A stretch of DNA of 64,000 nt from an uncultured Rhodoluna sp. (GTDB taxonomy: Bacteria > Actinomycetota > Actinomycetes > Actinomycetales > Microbacteriaceae): positions 65,899 through 129,898 of the forward strand of contig CAZIFS010000001.1 in assembly GCA_964539165.1 (NCBI GenBank). The letters run 5' to 3'. Position 1 is the stretch's first letter. Every line of letters starts with the position of its first letter. The notes beneath the pieces are model-generated. The model had not been told where the DNA came from, made no database searches, and worked only from the letters and a program-made list of their open reading frames with translations. The position numbers and the translations under genes were made by a program. Of the stretch, positions 39,217 through 50,944 are shown piece after piece.

Positions 39217-39840
39217 TTAGAATACCAGTAGACCGCCGGTTTTGCTGCTAGCGGCAGCGAAACGAGCCTGAACATCTGACCAGTTGATGATGTTCCAGAA
39301 GGCCTTGACGTAGTCGCCCTTTACGTTCTGGTAGTCAAGGTAGAAGGCGTGTTCCCACATGTCCAACATCAGTAGTGGCACGGTGGTCGGAACGACGTTA
39401 CCCTGCTGGTCGTAAAGCTGCTCGATGATCAGGCGCTGGCCTAGGTGGTCCCAAGCCAAGAATGACCAACCAGAACCCTGGATTCCCATAGCGCTTGCAT
39501 TGAAGTGCGCTTGGAAAGCTTCGAATGATCCGAAGAACTCGTCTATAGCGGCAGCAAGCTCACCCTCAGGGCGGTCGGTGTTTGCTGCAGTTAGGTTGTT
39601 CCAGAAGATTGAGTGGTTGATGTGGCCACCCAGGTGGAAAGCAAGATCTTTTTGTAGTTTGTTGACCCAGGTGAAGTCGTTCTTCGAGCGAGCTTCTTCT
39701 AGCAGGTCAATGGTTGCGTTTGCGCCGGCTACATAAGCCGCGTGGTGCTTCGAGTGGTGAAGCTCCATGATGCGAGCAGAGATGCTTGGCTCAAGAGCCG
39801 CATAGTCATAGTTCAACTCAGGTAGAACATACTTAGTCAT
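39217..39840 (-). CDS. sodA: Fe/Mn superoxide dismutase
   Basis: LHHSKHH, GGHINHSIFW, DMWEHAFY. Confidence 0.96.
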   Translation of the reverse strand: MTKYVLPELNYDYAALEPSISARIMELHHSKHHAAYVAGANATIDLLEEARSKNDFTWVNKLQKDLAFHLGGHINHSIFWNNLTAANTDRPEGELAAAIDEFFGSFEAFQAHFNASAMGIQGSGWSFLAWDHLGQRLIIEQLYDQQGNVVPTTVPLLMLDMWEHAFYLDYQNVKGDYVKAFWNIINWSDVQARFAAASSKTGGLLVF

Positions 39841-39860
39841 TTTTCTCTCCTATTTTTGTT

Positions 39861-40838
39861 TTATTCGTCGATGTCTTCAGGTAAGAAGGCATCGGTAGCT
39901 GGAATTCCTAGTTCTTCGGCACGTTTGTCGGCCATGGCTAGCAAGCGGCGAATTCGCCCGGCAATTGCATCCTTGGTCATTACTGGGTCAGCAAGGTGCC
40001 CGAGCTCATCCAAGCTCGCCTGTTTGTGTTCAAGTCTCAATTTGCCGGCATAGCTCAGGTGATCAGGGATGTCGTCACCAAGAATTTCAAGGGCGCGCTC
40101 TACTCGGGCACCGGCGGCAACCGCTGCCTGTGCTGAGCGACGCAGGTTGGCATCGTCAAAGTTGGCCAAGCGATTTGCGGTGGCACGTACTTCACGACGC
40201 AAACGCATTTCTTCCCAGCGCAAAACCTGTGTGTGTGCACCCATTTGAGTGAGCATGGTCGCAATTGCCTCACCCTCGCGAACTGTGACGCGATAAACAC
40301 CGCGAACTTCGCGAGCCTTGGCGGTTACACCGAGGCGGCGAGCCACACCAACCAGTGCCATGGCTGCTTCATTGCCTGGGGCGGTGATTTCGAGAGCCGC
40401 AGAACGACCTGGGTCAGTCAGTGAACCGTGTGCCAAAAAAGCGCCTCGCCAGACGGCCTGCGCCTCAGGAATTGACCCCGAGACTAGATTGGCAGGCAAT
40501 CCACGAACAGGACGACCCCTTTGATCTAGAAGACCGGTTTGACGGGCAAGAACATCGCCCTGATTGAGAACACGAATCTGGTAGCGGCTGCTGCGACGAA
40601 TTCCACTTGCAGAAATCACGGCCATCTCGCTTTCGATTCCGAAAAGCTCGGCTAGGTCTTTGCGCACGCGGCGAGCAATTTGCGCCGTGTCTAGCTCAAC
40701 CTCAACGGCCACTCGGCCTGAAATAAGGTGCAGCCCGCCCGAAAAACGCAAAATTGTTGAAAGTTCAGCAACACGCACGGCATTTTTGTTGATTTCGAGT
40801 CTTGCCAACTCATCTTTCAGATCAGATGTTAGTGCCAT
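39861..40838 (-). CDS. whiA: DNA-binding protein WhiA
   Basis: [41 protein letters not shown]. Confidence 0.96.
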   Translation of the reverse strand: MALTSDLKDELARLEINKNAVRVAELSTILRFSGGLHLISGRVAVEVELDTAQIARRVRKDLAELFGIESEMAVISASGIRRSSRYQIRVLNQGDVLARQTGLLDQRGRPVRGLPANLVSGSIPEAQAVWRGAFLAHGSLTDPGRSAALEITAPGNEAAMALVGVARRLGVTAKAREVRGVYRVTVREGEAIATMLTQMGAHTQVLRWEEMRLRREVRATANRLANFDDANLRRSAQAAVAAGARVERALEILGDDIPDHLSYAGKLRLEHKQASLDELGHLADPVMTKDAIAGRIRRLLAMADKRAEELGIPATDAFLPEDIDE

Positions 40839-40847
40839 GGTTCTCCC

Positions 40848-41723
40848 CTATTCCTTGCCCAAATCGCGATGTTTCACATGCACAGACACGTTCTCAAGTT
40901 TGGCCAGTTCGCCGGCAATTCGACGTGTCATGGCAACTGAACGGTGCTTTCCTCCGGTGCATCCGATGGCGATGGTTGCGTATCTCTTGTTCTCGTTCAC
41001 ATAACCACGCAAAACCGGCTTCAGTGCCGCTAGGTAGTTAGTAATGAACTCCTCAGCTCCGTCTTGTGAAAGCACGAATTCTGAAACCTGATTATCTTCA
41101 CCAGTGAATGGGCGAAGTGACTCTTGCCAAAATGGATTCGGCAAAAAGCGCATGTCGGCAACTAGGTCTGCGTCAGTAGGTAGGCCGTATTTGAATCCGA
41201 ACGACATAACTGTTACCTGAAGCTGGTTGGTCTGCGCTACCGAGAATGACTCAGCTATGCGATTCGAGAGTTGATGAATGTTGAGATCTGAAGTGTCGAT
41301 TACAGCATCAGCTGATTCACGAATGCTGAGCAAGCGAACTCGTTCTTCGGTGATTCCATCCAAGATAGTGCCGTTGCCCTGAAGCGGGTGTGGCCGACGA
41401 ACAGACTCGAAACGCTTAACCAGTGCGGCATCCGAGGCTTCTAAATAAATAACTTGGATGTTGATGTCGCGACTGCGCAACTGACTTAGGTGAGTCTGAA
41501 CATCTGTGAAAAATTCGCCGCCGCGAACGTCGAGCATTACGGCTAGACGCGGCAGAGGTGTTTCGGCCATTGTGAATAGGTTTGCAATCGGGTCAAGCAT
41601 TTGCGGCGGCAGGTTGTCCACCACGTACCAACCGAGGTCTTCAAGCGCGTTTCCGACGGTGGAACGCCCGGCACCTGACATGCCAGTCACAACAAGAAGT
41701 TCGCGCTGGTTTTGACCTGTCAT
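40848..41723 (-). CDS. rapZ: RNase adapter RapZ (YvcJ-like P-loop protein)
   Basis: TGMSGAGRS, VDNLPP, RRPHPL, SFGFKYG, GCTGGKHRSV; start at ATG 41723 after AAGGGAG. Confidence 0.95.
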   Translation of the reverse strand: MTGQNQRELLVVTGMSGAGRSTVGNALEDLGWYVVDNLPPQMLDPIANLFTMAETPLPRLAVMLDVRGGEFFTDVQTHLSQLRSRDINIQVIYLEASDAALVKRFESVRRPHPLQGNGTILDGITEERVRLLSIRESADAVIDTSDLNIHQLSNRIAESFSVAQTNQLQVTVMSFGFKYGLPTDADLVADMRFLPNPFWQESLRPFTGEDNQVSEFVLSQDGAEEFITNYLAALKPVLRGYVNENKRYATIAIGCTGGKHRSVAMTRRIAGELAKLENVSVHVKHRDLGKE

Positions 41724-41808
41724 CAGCACTCCCTTCCCAAGTTTTGCTTGCAGTTGCAAAGCGATACATTTGTCAGTCTAGCCGAGCGCGACACGCCGAT
41801 GAAACCTG

Positions 41809-43674
41809 TTAAGAAGAAAGGCTTTGAACAATTTGTTCGGCCAGAATTGGGCCGATTCCCGCCACCGATGAAATCTCATCGGCGCTGGCAGCTCTAAGTC
41901 GTTTTGCCGATCCAAAGTGTCGCAGCAAGGCGGCCACGCGCTTGTCGCCCAGGCCAGAAATCTCACCCAGGGCACTGGCAATAGATGATGAGCGCTTTTG
42001 TCGCTGATATGTGATTGCAAATCGGTGTGCCTCATCGCGAATGCGCTGAAGCAGAAACAATTCATCAGTGGCGCGAGGCAAGATCACGGGGTAATCCTCC
42101 CCCGGACGCCATACTTCTTCGAGGCGTTTAGCTAGTCCAACCACGTTTAAGCCCTTTACGCCTGAATCATTTATTGCTCGCTGGGCTGCATTTACCTGAG
42201 GTAGACCACCATCAACCACCAAAAGTGATGGCCGATATGAGAACTTTTGGTTGGAATCAACTTCTTGCTGCTCCTCGGGTTCCTTCAAATATTTGAGCCT
42301 TCGCGACAGTACTTGATAAATCGACTCGGTGTCATCCGTGGTGTCTTCAATAGAAAAACGACGGTATTGATCTTTTTTGGCTAGCCCATCCTCAAAAACC
42401 ACCATCGATGCAACCACACCGGTACCACCAAGGTGAGATACGTCAAAGCACTCAATTCGTAATGGAGCCTCTGGCAGATTGAGTGCCTTCTGAATGCCAG
42501 CCAATGCGCCTGCTCTTGCAGTGAAATCAGCGCTTCGCCGGGTCTTGTAGAGCATCAGCGCATGTTTGGCATTGGTGAGTGCTGTGCTTGCCAGAGCGGC
42601 TTTGTCGCCACGCTGAGCAACGCGCAACTCAGTTTTGGTTCCCCGCAAGTCAGAAAGCCACCGATTTAGCTCTTCGCTGTCTTCAGGCAAGACCGGAACC
42701 AAGATTTCTCTTGGAACATCAACTGGTTCAGACCCAGGCTTGGTGGTGTAGACGTTTTGAAGCACATACTCGACCAACTCGGGTAAATCACGTTCAAGCT
42801 CTTTGTCAACCACCCAGCCGCGAACACCACGGATGCGACCGCCTCTGACTATGAATTGCGAAACCGCCGCAGCTAGATCATCGTCGGCTATGCCGAACAG
42901 GTCGGCGTCAGTTTGGTCGCTAAAAACAACGGTGCTCTTCTCGAGTACCGTTTCTAATGCTTCGATGTCGTCTCGGGTTCTAGCTGCAAGTTCGTATTGC
43001 TGCGCTTCAGATGCCTCATACATCTTGGCGCGCAGCACTTCTACATGTTGTGTGTCACCACCGGCCATGAAATCTATGAAATCCTTGGCGATTTTTTTGT
43101 GCTCACCCTCAGAGACTCTGCCAACGCAGGGCGCAGCGCACTTGCCGATGTCGCCCAGCAGACAAGCGCGACTTGATGCCTTCGCACGCTGATATACCCC
43201 GCTTGAGCAGGACCTAACCGGGTAGACCTTGAGAAGGGTGTCCATGGTTTCTCGAACGGCCCACGCTTGGGTGTAAGGACCGAAATACTTGACCCCCTTG
43301 ATCTCGCGATTTCTGGTGATAAACACTCTCGGAACTCTTTCACCAATTGATACGGCGAGGTATGGGTACGACTTGTCGTCTTTGAAACGCACATTGAACG
43401 GAGGGTCAAACTCCTTAATCCAGGTGAATTCAAGTTGGAGCGCCTCGTACTCAGTTTTGACGATGGTCCATTGAACGTCGGCAGCACTCGTGACCATGCG
43501 GCGGGTTCGTTCATGAAGACTGTCGAGCGGTCCAAAATAATTGCTCAGTCTGGCTCTTAGATTCTTTGCCTTGCCCACATAAAGCACCCGACCAGAGGCA
43601 TCAAGCCAGCGATATACGCCGGGATTTGTGGGTATCTCGCCGGTTTTAGGTCGGAACGAGAGTTCGTCAGCCAT
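41809..43674 (-). CDS. uvrC: Excinuclease ABC subunit C
   Basis: GIY-YIG (PGVY...YVGKAKNL), [26 protein letters not shown], HhH. Confidence 0.97.
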   Translation of the reverse strand: MADELSFRPKTGEIPTNPGVYRWLDASGRVLYVGKAKNLRARLSNYFGPLDSLHERTRRMVTSAADVQWTIVKTEYEALQLEFTWIKEFDPPFNVRFKDDKSYPYLAVSIGERVPRVFITRNREIKGVKYFGPYTQAWAVRETMDTLLKVYPVRSCSSGVYQRAKASSRACLLGDIGKCAAPCVGRVSEGEHKKIAKDFIDFMAGGDTQHVEVLRAKMYEASEAQQYELAARTRDDIEALETVLEKSTVVFSDQTDADLFGIADDDLAAAVSQFIVRGGRIRGVRGWVVDKELERDLPELVEYVLQNVYTTKPGSEPVDVPREILVPVLPEDSEELNRWLSDLRGTKTELRVAQRGDKAALASTALTNAKHALMLYKTRRSADFTARAGALAGIQKALNLPEAPLRIECFDVSHLGGTGVVASMVVFEDGLAKKDQYRRFSIEDTTDDTESIYQVLSRRLKYLKEPEEQQEVDSNQKFSYRPSLLVVDGGLPQVNAAQRAINDSGVKGLNVVGLAKRLEEVWRPGEDYPVILPRATDELFLLQRIRDEAHRFAITYQRQKRSSSIASALGEISGLGDKRVAALLRHFGSAKRLRAASADEISSVAGIGPILAEQIVQSLSS

Positions 43675-46538
43675 TAGCCGAGCATTTCCTTTAGGAACGA
43701 TCCAGTAAAGCTCTTGGCGTTTGCAGCAACTTGCTCAGGGGTGCCAATCGCAATTACCTCGCCGCCACGCGATCCGCCTTCGGGGCCCATGTCGACAATC
43801 CAGTCGGCACACTTGATTACATCCAAGTTGTGTTCAATCACCAAGACCGTATTGCCTTTGTCGACCAAGCTATTTAGAACCAGCAAAAGCTTTCTCACAT
43901 CTTCGAAGTGCAAACCAGTTGTTGGCTCATCAAGCACATAAATGCTTCGACCGTTTGAGCGCCGCTGCAATTCGGTGGCCAGTTTGACACGTTGAGCCTC
44001 GCCGCCAGAAAGAGTGGTTGCGCTCTGACCAAGACGAACGTAACCGAGACCTACCTCAACGAGAGTGTCAAGGTAGCGTGCAATTGATGTGATGGCTGCG
44101 AAAAATTCGGCGGCCTCAGCGATTGGCATCTCTAGAACCTCGGCAATGTTTTTGCCTTTATAAAGAACTTGCAACGTCTCTCGGTTGTAGCGAGCACCGT
44201 GGCAAACTTCACAGGCAACGTAAACGTCTGGCAAGAAATTCATCTCGATCTTCAGTGTTCCATCGCCAGAGCAAGACTCGCAGCGTCCGCCCTTGACGTT
44301 GAATGAGAAACGGCCTTGCTGATAACCGCGTGCTTTAGATTCCTGAGTGTCAGCGAACAGCTTTCGGATGTGGTCAAACACGCCAGTGTACGTGGCCGGG
44401 TTAGATCTTGGTGTGCGCCCAATTGGGTTTTGGTCAACGTGTACAACTTTGTCGAGAAGCTCGAGGCCCTCGACTCGAGTGTGCCTGCCGGCCACGCCTT
44501 TGGCCCCATTTAGTGAATTTGCCAGAACCTCATACAAGACGTCGTTTACCAGGGATGACTTGCCTGAGCCGCTCACGCCAGTGACTGCCGTAAGAGTGCC
44601 AAGCGGAAACTCGACATCCACGTTCTTTAGATTGTTCTCGCGTGCCCCGACAACTTTTAGCTGACGTTTAGCATCGACCGCTCTGCGCTTTTTAGGAATC
44701 TGAATAGTCTCTCGACCCGACATAAAGGCGCCGGTGAGTGATCGATCATTCTTGATAAGTTGCTCGTATGTTCCGCTGTGAACAACCTCACCACCGTTGA
44801 CACCTGCTCCTGGGCCGATGTCGACTACCCAGTCGGAGGCTTTGATCGTGTCTTCATCGTGCTCGACCACAATCAGAGTGTTGCCAAGGTCGCGGAGCTT
44901 GATCAATGTGTCAATCAGTCTTCGATTGTCGCGCTGATGCAAACCGATTGATGGTTCATCCAAAACGTAGAGAACGCCGGTTAGCCCAGAACCAATTTGG
45001 GTCGCTAGACGAATGCGCTGTGCTTCACCACCAGAAAGTGAACCAGACGCGCGCTCGAGGCTGAGATAGTCAAGACCTACGGCCATCAAAAAGTCTAGGC
45101 GGGCCCTAATTTCGCGAAGCACCTGAGCTGCGATTTTCACGTCACGCTCCGCAAGTTCGATGGTGTCGAAGAATTCAACGGCCTCACCAAGGCTCATTGC
45201 GGCAACGTTTGCGATTGATTTATCAAAGACCTTGACTGCCAGTACCTCTGGGCGCAGGCGTTGGCCCGAACAAGCAGGGCACGGAATCTCTCTTAGAAAG
45301 CCCGACCATTTTGCGCGAGCGTAGTCATTCTCTGATTCGAGATACTTGCGCTCGATATAGCTCAGAACGCCTTCGAAGCCGGTCGTGTAGCGCAGCTCAC
45401 GGCCGTACCTGTTCTTCCACTTCACCTGGACGTCAAAGTTGTTGCCGTGTAGAACGGCCTCTTGAATTTCTTCGCCGAGTTCGTTCCAAGGTGTGTCTAG
45501 CGAGAATTCAAGATCAGTCGCCAGGCCCTCAAGCATGCGAGAAAAATAATGGAAAAGTCCTTTACCCTGAGTTGACCAAGGCAGGATAACTCCCCCATTG
45601 ATGCTTGCGGCCGGGTCACCAATAACTAGGTCGCTATCGACAGCCTGCTTTGTTCCCAAGCCTGTGCAAGTAGGGCAAGCACCAAAAGGTGCGTTGAAAG
45701 AAAATGTTCTCGGCTCAATTTCAGTGAGGCTGAGCGGATGCTCGTTCGGGCAAGACATCTTCTCGCTGAACACTCGGCTTTTTCCGGGTCCTGCTGCCTC
45801 ATCCACTAGGTCAATCAAGATTCTTCCGTTGGCAAGTTTTAGGCCGGTTTCAACAGAATCAGCTAGACGACCGATGATGTCTGGCTTATTTACAAGGCGG
45901 TCGATTACGACCGAGATGTCGTGCTTAAAAGTTTTCTTGAGCGGCTTTGCGTCGCTAAGTTGAACTAATTCACCATCGACCATCGCGCGGGCATAACCCT
46001 GTGCATTGAGTTCTTTGAAAAGATCAACAAACTCACCCTTTTTTTGGTCAACGACCTGGGCCAATATTTGAAATCTGGTGCCCTCGGGCAACTCGAGAAT
46101 CTGATCAACAATCTGTTGCGGAGTTTGCTTCACAATCTTTTCGCCACACTCGGCGCAAAAAGGCGTTCCGACTCTCGCCCAAAGCAGGCGCATGTAGTCA
46201 TGAATTTCGGTAATGGTTCCAACTGTTGAACGTGGGTTACGGTTGGTCGACTTCTGGTCAATGCTCACCGCTGGGCTCAGTCCCTCAATGAAGTCAACGT
46301 CTGGTCGATCTACCTGACCCAAAAATTGGCGAGCATATGCAGACAGCGACTCAACGTAGCGGCGCTGCCCTTCGGCAAAAATGGTGTCAAAAGCCAAGGA
46401 TGACTTGCCTGAGCCGCTCAAGCCAGTGAATACAACCAACGAGTCACGTGGTACCTCTAGGTAGACATCCTTTAGGTTATGAACGCGTGCGCCCTTAATA
46501 ATCAGCTTGTTATCGTGTGGCACTGGAGTTACAGACAT
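43674..46538 (-). CDS. uvrA: Excinuclease ABC subunit A
   Basis: [15 protein letters not shown], two LSGGEAQR signatures, Zn-finger CxxC motifs. Confidence 0.98.
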   Translation of the reverse strand: MSVTPVPHDNKLIIKGARVHNLKDVYLEVPRDSLVVFTGLSGSGKSSLAFDTIFAEGQRRYVESLSAYARQFLGQVDRPDVDFIEGLSPAVSIDQKSTNRNPRSTVGTITEIHDYMRLLWARVGTPFCAECGEKIVKQTPQQIVDQILELPEGTRFQILAQVVDQKKGEFVDLFKELNAQGYARAMVDGELVQLSDAKPLKKTFKHDISVVIDRLVNKPDIIGRLADSVETGLKLANGRILIDLVDEAAGPGKSRVFSEKMSCPNEHPLSLTEIEPRTFSFNAPFGACPTCTGLGTKQAVDSDLVIGDPAASINGGVILPWSTQGKGLFHYFSRMLEGLATDLEFSLDTPWNELGEEIQEAVLHGNNFDVQVKWKNRYGRELRYTTGFEGVLSYIERKYLESENDYARAKWSGFLREIPCPACSGQRLRPEVLAVKVFDKSIANVAAMSLGEAVEFFDTIELAERDVKIAAQVLREIRARLDFLMAVGLDYLSLERASGSLSGGEAQRIRLATQIGSGLTGVLYVLDEPSIGLHQRDNRRLIDTLIKLRDLGNTLIVVEHDEDTIKASDWVVDIGPGAGVNGGEVVHSGTYEQLIKNDRSLTGAFMSGRETIQIPKKRRAVDAKRQLKVVGARENNLKNVDVEFPLGTLTAVTGVSGSGKSSLVNDVLYEVLANSLNGAKGVAGRHTRVEGLELLDKVVHVDQNPIGRTPRSNPATYTGVFDHIRKLFADTQESKARGYQQGRFSFNVKGGRCESCSGDGTLKIEMNFLPDVYVACEVCHGARYNRETLQVLYKGKNIAEVLEMPIAEAAEFFAAITSIARYLDTLVEVGLGYVRLGQSATTLSGGEAQRVKLATELQRRSNGRSIYVLDEPTTGLHFEDVRKLLLVLNSLVDKGNTVLVIEHNLDVIKCADWIVDMGPEGGSRGGEVIAIGTPEQVAANAKSFTGSFLKEMLG

Positions 46539-46574
46539 CTTTGAATTTTAACCTTGCTGTTTGAGTCGGAACGC

Positions 46575-48653
46575 CTAGGCATGACCGGCTTTTTCCATTT
46601 GTCGAAGCTCGTGCTTTAGTTCTGATATTTCGTCTCTAAGTCGGCCGGCCAATTCAAACTTGAGCTCTGCAGCAGCTGCCTTCATCTGTTCATCAAGGTC
46701 GACGACGACCGCCAGAATCTCGGCGTAGGCCATGCTGGCAATACCCTTTCGCGAACGAATAGGAATAACTGACTTGCCGTCGCGAGTCTTTTTAGATTTT
46801 CCGGCCTGTTCGATAAGTTCGGCTGTGTCTTGCTCTTCGCGCATTATCTGGTCGGTAATGTCAGCAATCTTCTTTCGAAGTGGCTGAGGGTCGACTCCCT
46901 TTTCTAGGTTGTAGGCAACCTGTTTGGCTCTGCGACGATTGGTCTCGTCAATAGCCCGAGCCATTGAGTCGGTGATGTTATCGGCATACATATGCACCTG
47001 GCCGTTAATGTTTCTGGCGGCGCGACCGATGGTTTGAATCAGCGAGGTTGTTGAACGCAAGAAACCCTCTTTGTCGGCGTCAAGAATGCTGACCAAAGAA
47101 ACTTCAGGTAGGTCGAGTCCTTCTCTTAGCAAGTTGATTCCAACAAGCACATCGAAAACACCGCTTCTAAGTTCGCGCAGTAACTCGACCCGTCTCAAGG
47201 TGTCGACATCTGAGTGTAGGTATCTAACTCGAACTCCGGCTTCGGTCAAGAAGTCGGTTAGTTCTTCAGACATTTTCTTGGTGAGAGTTGTCACCAGAAC
47301 ACGTTCATCCTTGGCTGCGCGAATGCGAATTTCTTCGAGCAGGTCGTCAATTTGACCGGCACTTGGCTTGATTACGATTTCGGGATCAACCAGTCCGGTT
47401 GGTCGAATGATCTGCTCGACAACGCCGGCCCCGAGGTTCATTTCGTATTTGCCTGGTGTCGCAGAGAGGTAAACCGTTTGGCCAATTCGTTCTTGAAATT
47501 CGCTGAATTTCAACGGGCGATTATCGAGTGCCGACGGCAATCTAAAACCATAGTCAACGAGATTTCGTTTTCGGCTGGAGTCACCTTCGTACATCGCTCC
47601 AATTTGAGGAACTGTGACGTGGGACTCATCGATAACGGTCAAGAAATCTTCAGGAAAATAGTCCAGTAGGCAAGACGGCGCTGATCCTGGTTCACGTCCG
47701 TCGATGTGGCGAGAGTAGTTTTCGATTCCCGAGCAGAAACCAAGCTCATTAATCATTTCAAGGTCGAATGTTGTGCGCATTTTGAGTCGCTGAGCCTCGA
47801 GCAATTTTCCTTGTTGCTCTAGTTCTTTGACTCGCCAAACAAGTTCTTCTTCAATAGCCTCGATTGCTCGGCCCATGCGTTCTGGCCCCGCCATGTAGAG
47901 CGAAGCCGGAAAAATCGAAACCGCGCTCTCGGTGCGCGCAATTTCACCGGTTAGCGGAAAGAGCGAATGCAAGCCTTCGATCTCATCACCGAAGAATTCA
48001 ATTCGAATAGCCAACTCTTCGTTGACCGGGATAATCTCAATGGTGTCGCCCTTTACCCTGAAATTTCCCCGTGAAAAATCAATGTCATTGCGGTTGTACT
48101 GCATGCCAACAAAGGCTCGGATGAGTTCATCTCGATCGATTCGTTGGCCGACCTGCAAAGCTACGCGTGAATTCAGGTACTCTTCTGGCGCACCTAGACC
48201 GTAGATGCAAGAAACAGTGCTGACCACCACAACATCTCGTCGGCTGAGCAAGCTGGTGGTTGCTGAATAGCGCAGACGCTCAACCTCTTCGTTAATTGAA
48301 GAGTCTTTTTCGATGAAGGTGTCAGTCTGGGCTACATACGCCTCTGGTTGGTAGTAGTCGTAATAACTTACAAAGTATTCGACTGCGTTGTTAGGCAGTA
48401 ATTCACGAAATTCGTTCACCAGCTGAGCGGCCAGAGTCTTGTTGTGGGCCAAAACTAGTGTGGGACGCTGTACAGCTTCAATCAACCAAGCTGTTGTGGC
48501 TGATTTACCTGTTCCGGTGGCACCCAGGAGCACAACGTCTTTTTCGCCGGCGTTGATTCGAGCGGCTAGTTCGGCAATTGCGGTTGGTTGATCGCCTGAG
48601 GGCTTGTACTCACTGACAACCTCAAAGGGTGCAAAAGATCTGGTGGCTTCCAT
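46575..48653 (-). CDS. uvrB: Excinuclease ABC subunit B
   Basis: [31 protein letters not shown]. Confidence 0.98.
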   Translation of the reverse strand: MEATRSFAPFEVVSEYKPSGDQPTAIAELAARINAGEKDVVLLGATGTGKSATTAWLIEAVQRPTLVLAHNKTLAAQLVNEFRELLPNNAVEYFVSYYDYYQPEAYVAQTDTFIEKDSSINEEVERLRYSATTSLLSRRDVVVVSTVSCIYGLGAPEEYLNSRVALQVGQRIDRDELIRAFVGMQYNRNDIDFSRGNFRVKGDTIEIIPVNEELAIRIEFFGDEIEGLHSLFPLTGEIARTESAVSIFPASLYMAGPERMGRAIEAIEEELVWRVKELEQQGKLLEAQRLKMRTTFDLEMINELGFCSGIENYSRHIDGREPGSAPSCLLDYFPEDFLTVIDESHVTVPQIGAMYEGDSSRKRNLVDYGFRLPSALDNRPLKFSEFQERIGQTVYLSATPGKYEMNLGAGVVEQIIRPTGLVDPEIVIKPSAGQIDDLLEEIRIRAAKDERVLVTTLTKKMSEELTDFLTEAGVRVRYLHSDVDTLRRVELLRELRSGVFDVLVGINLLREGLDLPEVSLVSILDADKEGFLRSTTSLIQTIGRAARNINGQVHMYADNITDSMARAIDETNRRRAKQVAYNLEKGVDPQPLRKKIADITDQIMREEQDTAELIEQAGKSKKTRDGKSVIPIRSRKGIASMAYAEILAVVVDLDEQMKAAAAELKFELAGRLRDEISELKHELRQMEKAGHA

Positions 48654-48663
48654 GTATTGATTA

Positions 48664-49275
48664 CTAAGCCGAAAACTTAGCGTTCGCTTCCCGTTTTATT
48701 TGATTCCAAAGCAACTCGGCGTCTTTGAGTAGAAGTGAAAGCTCTTGGTTCGAGTTCAAAATCACATCAGCAGCGTTTGCTCGCAATGCTGGGCTCGCCT
48801 GGCTATCAATTCTTGCGATGGCCTGTTCTGGGGTTAGCGAGCGGTTTTTCACTAAGCGCTCCACCTGCTTTTCGCGAGGAGCTTCAACGGTCACCACCTT
48901 GTCAAAGGGATAGTCGACTTTCGCTTCAACTAAAAGCGGCACGTTATAGACCACTACTGCATCGCTAGGCATCGAATCTAAAAGGGCTAAAGTTTTTTCC
49001 TTGACTCTCGGATGAACCACAGCCTCAAGTTTGGCTCGCTCTGTGGCGTTCGAAAAGATAATTGCACCAAGATATTCGCGATTTAAATTGCCTTCACCAT
49101 CAAGCATTTGAGAACCAAATACCTTGGTTAGCTCTTCAAGTCCTTCGGTTCCTTTGGCAACCACTTCATGCGCGATTTGATCTGCGTCGATATGTATTGC
49201 ACCGAGTTTGTGCCAACATTCGGCAACCGTCGACTTTCCAGCTGCGATTCCGCCCGTAAGACCAATCAAGTACAT
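48664..49275 (-). CDS. coaE: Dephospho-CoA kinase
   Basis: [26 protein letters not shown]. Confidence 0.95.
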   Translation of the reverse strand: MYLIGLTGGIAAGKSTVAECWHKLGAIHIDADQIAHEVVAKGTEGLEELTKVFGSQMLDGEGNLNREYLGAIIFSNATERAKLEAVVHPRVKEKTLALLDSMPSDAVVVYNVPLLVEAKVDYPFDKVVTVEAPREKQVERLVKNRSLTPEQAIARIDSQASPALRANAADVILNSNQELSLLLKDAELLWNQIKREANAKFSA

Positions 49276-49312
49276 GCCATAAGCCTAAATCGCCGGCGCC
49301 TATCGAGGGTAC

Positions 49313-49349
49313 AAAAAAGCGGCCCCCTCTGTGAGGGAGCCGCTTCTTT
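49313..49349 (-). terminator. Intrinsic terminator of rpsA
   Basis: Minus strand GCGGCTCCCTC-aca-GAGGGGGCCGC-T6. Confidence 0.88.
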
Positions 49350-49361
49350 AGAGTTATGAAG

Positions 49362-50816
49362 TTACTCTGCGCTCTTTAGCTTGTCGCGAAGTGCCGCAAG
49401 TGACTCGTCTGAAGCCAATGTGCCGCCTTCAGATGATTCGCTTGAATAGCTGCTTGACGCTGCTGCTGGAGCCTCAGAAGCCTCAGGAAGCTTTGCTGCT
49501 GCCTCGTTGGCTGCCGCAACCTGCTTCTTGTGCTCTTCCCAACGTGCGTGAGCTTCGGCGTACTCTTTCTCCCACTTGGTGCGAGCTTCTTCGAAGCCAG
49601 GCTTCCACTCGTTGGTGGTTGAATCAAAGCCCTCTGGGTACTTGTACTGGCCGTTTTCGTCGTAGTCAGCTGCCATACCGTAAAGTGCTGGGTTGAATTC
49701 GGTGCCCTCTGGGTCAACCTCTTCATTAGCCTGCTTCAGTGAAAGCGAGATGCGACGGCGATCTAGGTCAATGTCGATTACCTTGACGAATACATCCTGG
49801 TTAACCGAAACAACCTGCTCAGCAAGCTCAATGTGCTTTGAAGAAAGCTCTGAGATGTGAACTAGACCCTCGATACCGTCGGCAACGCGAACGAACGCAC
49901 CGAAAGGAACCAGCTTGGTTACCTTACCTGGGGCGTATTGTCCGATTGCGTGGGTGCGAGCGAATACCTGCCATGGGTCTTCCTGGGTGGCCTTTAGAGA
50001 TAGTGAAACGCGCTCGCGCTCCTGGTCTACCTCAAGAACCTCAACAGTAACTTCCTGGCCGATTTCAACAACTTCAGAAGCGTGCTCAATGTGCTTCCAT
50101 GAAAGCTCTGAAACGTGAACTAGACCGTCTACGCCACCTAGGTCAATGAATGCACCGAAGTTGACGATAGATGAAACAACACCGGTGCGGATCTGGCCCT
50201 TGGCAAGGTCTGCAAGGAAGGTGCTGCGGCTAGCTGACTGTGACTCTTCAAGAAGGGCGCGACGTGAAAGAACTACGTTGTTGCGGTTCTTGTCAAGCTC
50301 AAGAATCTTGGCTTCAACCTTCTGGCCTAGGTAAGGGCCAAGGTCGCGAACGCGACGAAGCTCGATAAGCGATGCTGGAAGGAAGCCACGAAGTCCGATG
50401 TCAACGATAAGGCCACCCTTGACAACTTCGATAACAACACCGTTAACGGTGCCATCAGCTTCTTTGATCTTCTCAACGTCGCCCCAAGCACGCTCGTACT
50501 GTGCGCGCTTCTTAGAAAGAATTAGGCGGCCTTCTTTGTCTTCCTTCTGGAGGACAAGTGCCTCTACAGAATCACCGACGGCAACAATCTCTGATGGGTC
50601 TGCGTCGTGGCGGATAGAAAGTTCGCGTGAAGGAATTACACCTTCAGTTTTGTAACCGACGTCAAGTAGAACTTCGTCGCGGTCAATTTTTACGACAATA
50701 CCTTCAATGAGGTCTCCGTCGTTGAAGAACTTTAGGGTAGCTTCTACAGCTGCAAGAAAGTCTTCTGCAGAACCGATGTCATTTACAGCGATCTGCTTTG
50801 CTGGCTTGGTGGTCAT
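49362..50816 (-). CDS. rpsA: 30S ribosomal protein S1 (four-domain actinobacterial type)
   Basis: Repeated S1 domains (FGAF..., GLVHVSELS), C-terminal GTLASDESLAALRDKL. Confidence 0.98.
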   Translation of the reverse strand: MTTKPAKQIAVNDIGSAEDFLAAVEATLKFFNDGDLIEGIVVKIDRDEVLLDVGYKTEGVIPSRELSIRHDADPSEIVAVGDSVEALVLQKEDKEGRLILSKKRAQYERAWGDVEKIKEADGTVNGVVIEVVKGGLIVDIGLRGFLPASLIELRRVRDLGPYLGQKVEAKILELDKNRNNVVLSRRALLEESQSASRSTFLADLAKGQIRTGVVSSIVNFGAFIDLGGVDGLVHVSELSWKHIEHASEVVEIGQEVTVEVLEVDQERERVSLSLKATQEDPWQVFARTHAIGQYAPGKVTKLVPFGAFVRVADGIEGLVHISELSSKHIELAEQVVSVNQDVFVKVIDIDLDRRRISLSLKQANEEVDPEGTEFNPALYGMAADYDENGQYKYPEGFDSTTNEWKPGFEEARTKWEKEYAEAHARWEEHKKQVAAANEAAAKLPEASEAPAAASSSYSSESSEGGTLASDESLAALRDKLKSAE

Positions 50817-50944
50817 ATTTATTTTTACTCTTAACGGGCACTACTCGGGCCGCAACAGGAGACCCAGGATTTTCCGCGGGGCTGATGAGGCAATGGATTG
50901 ATTTATGCGCAAAACGCACTTCTCAAGCCTACCCCTTAATGGCC

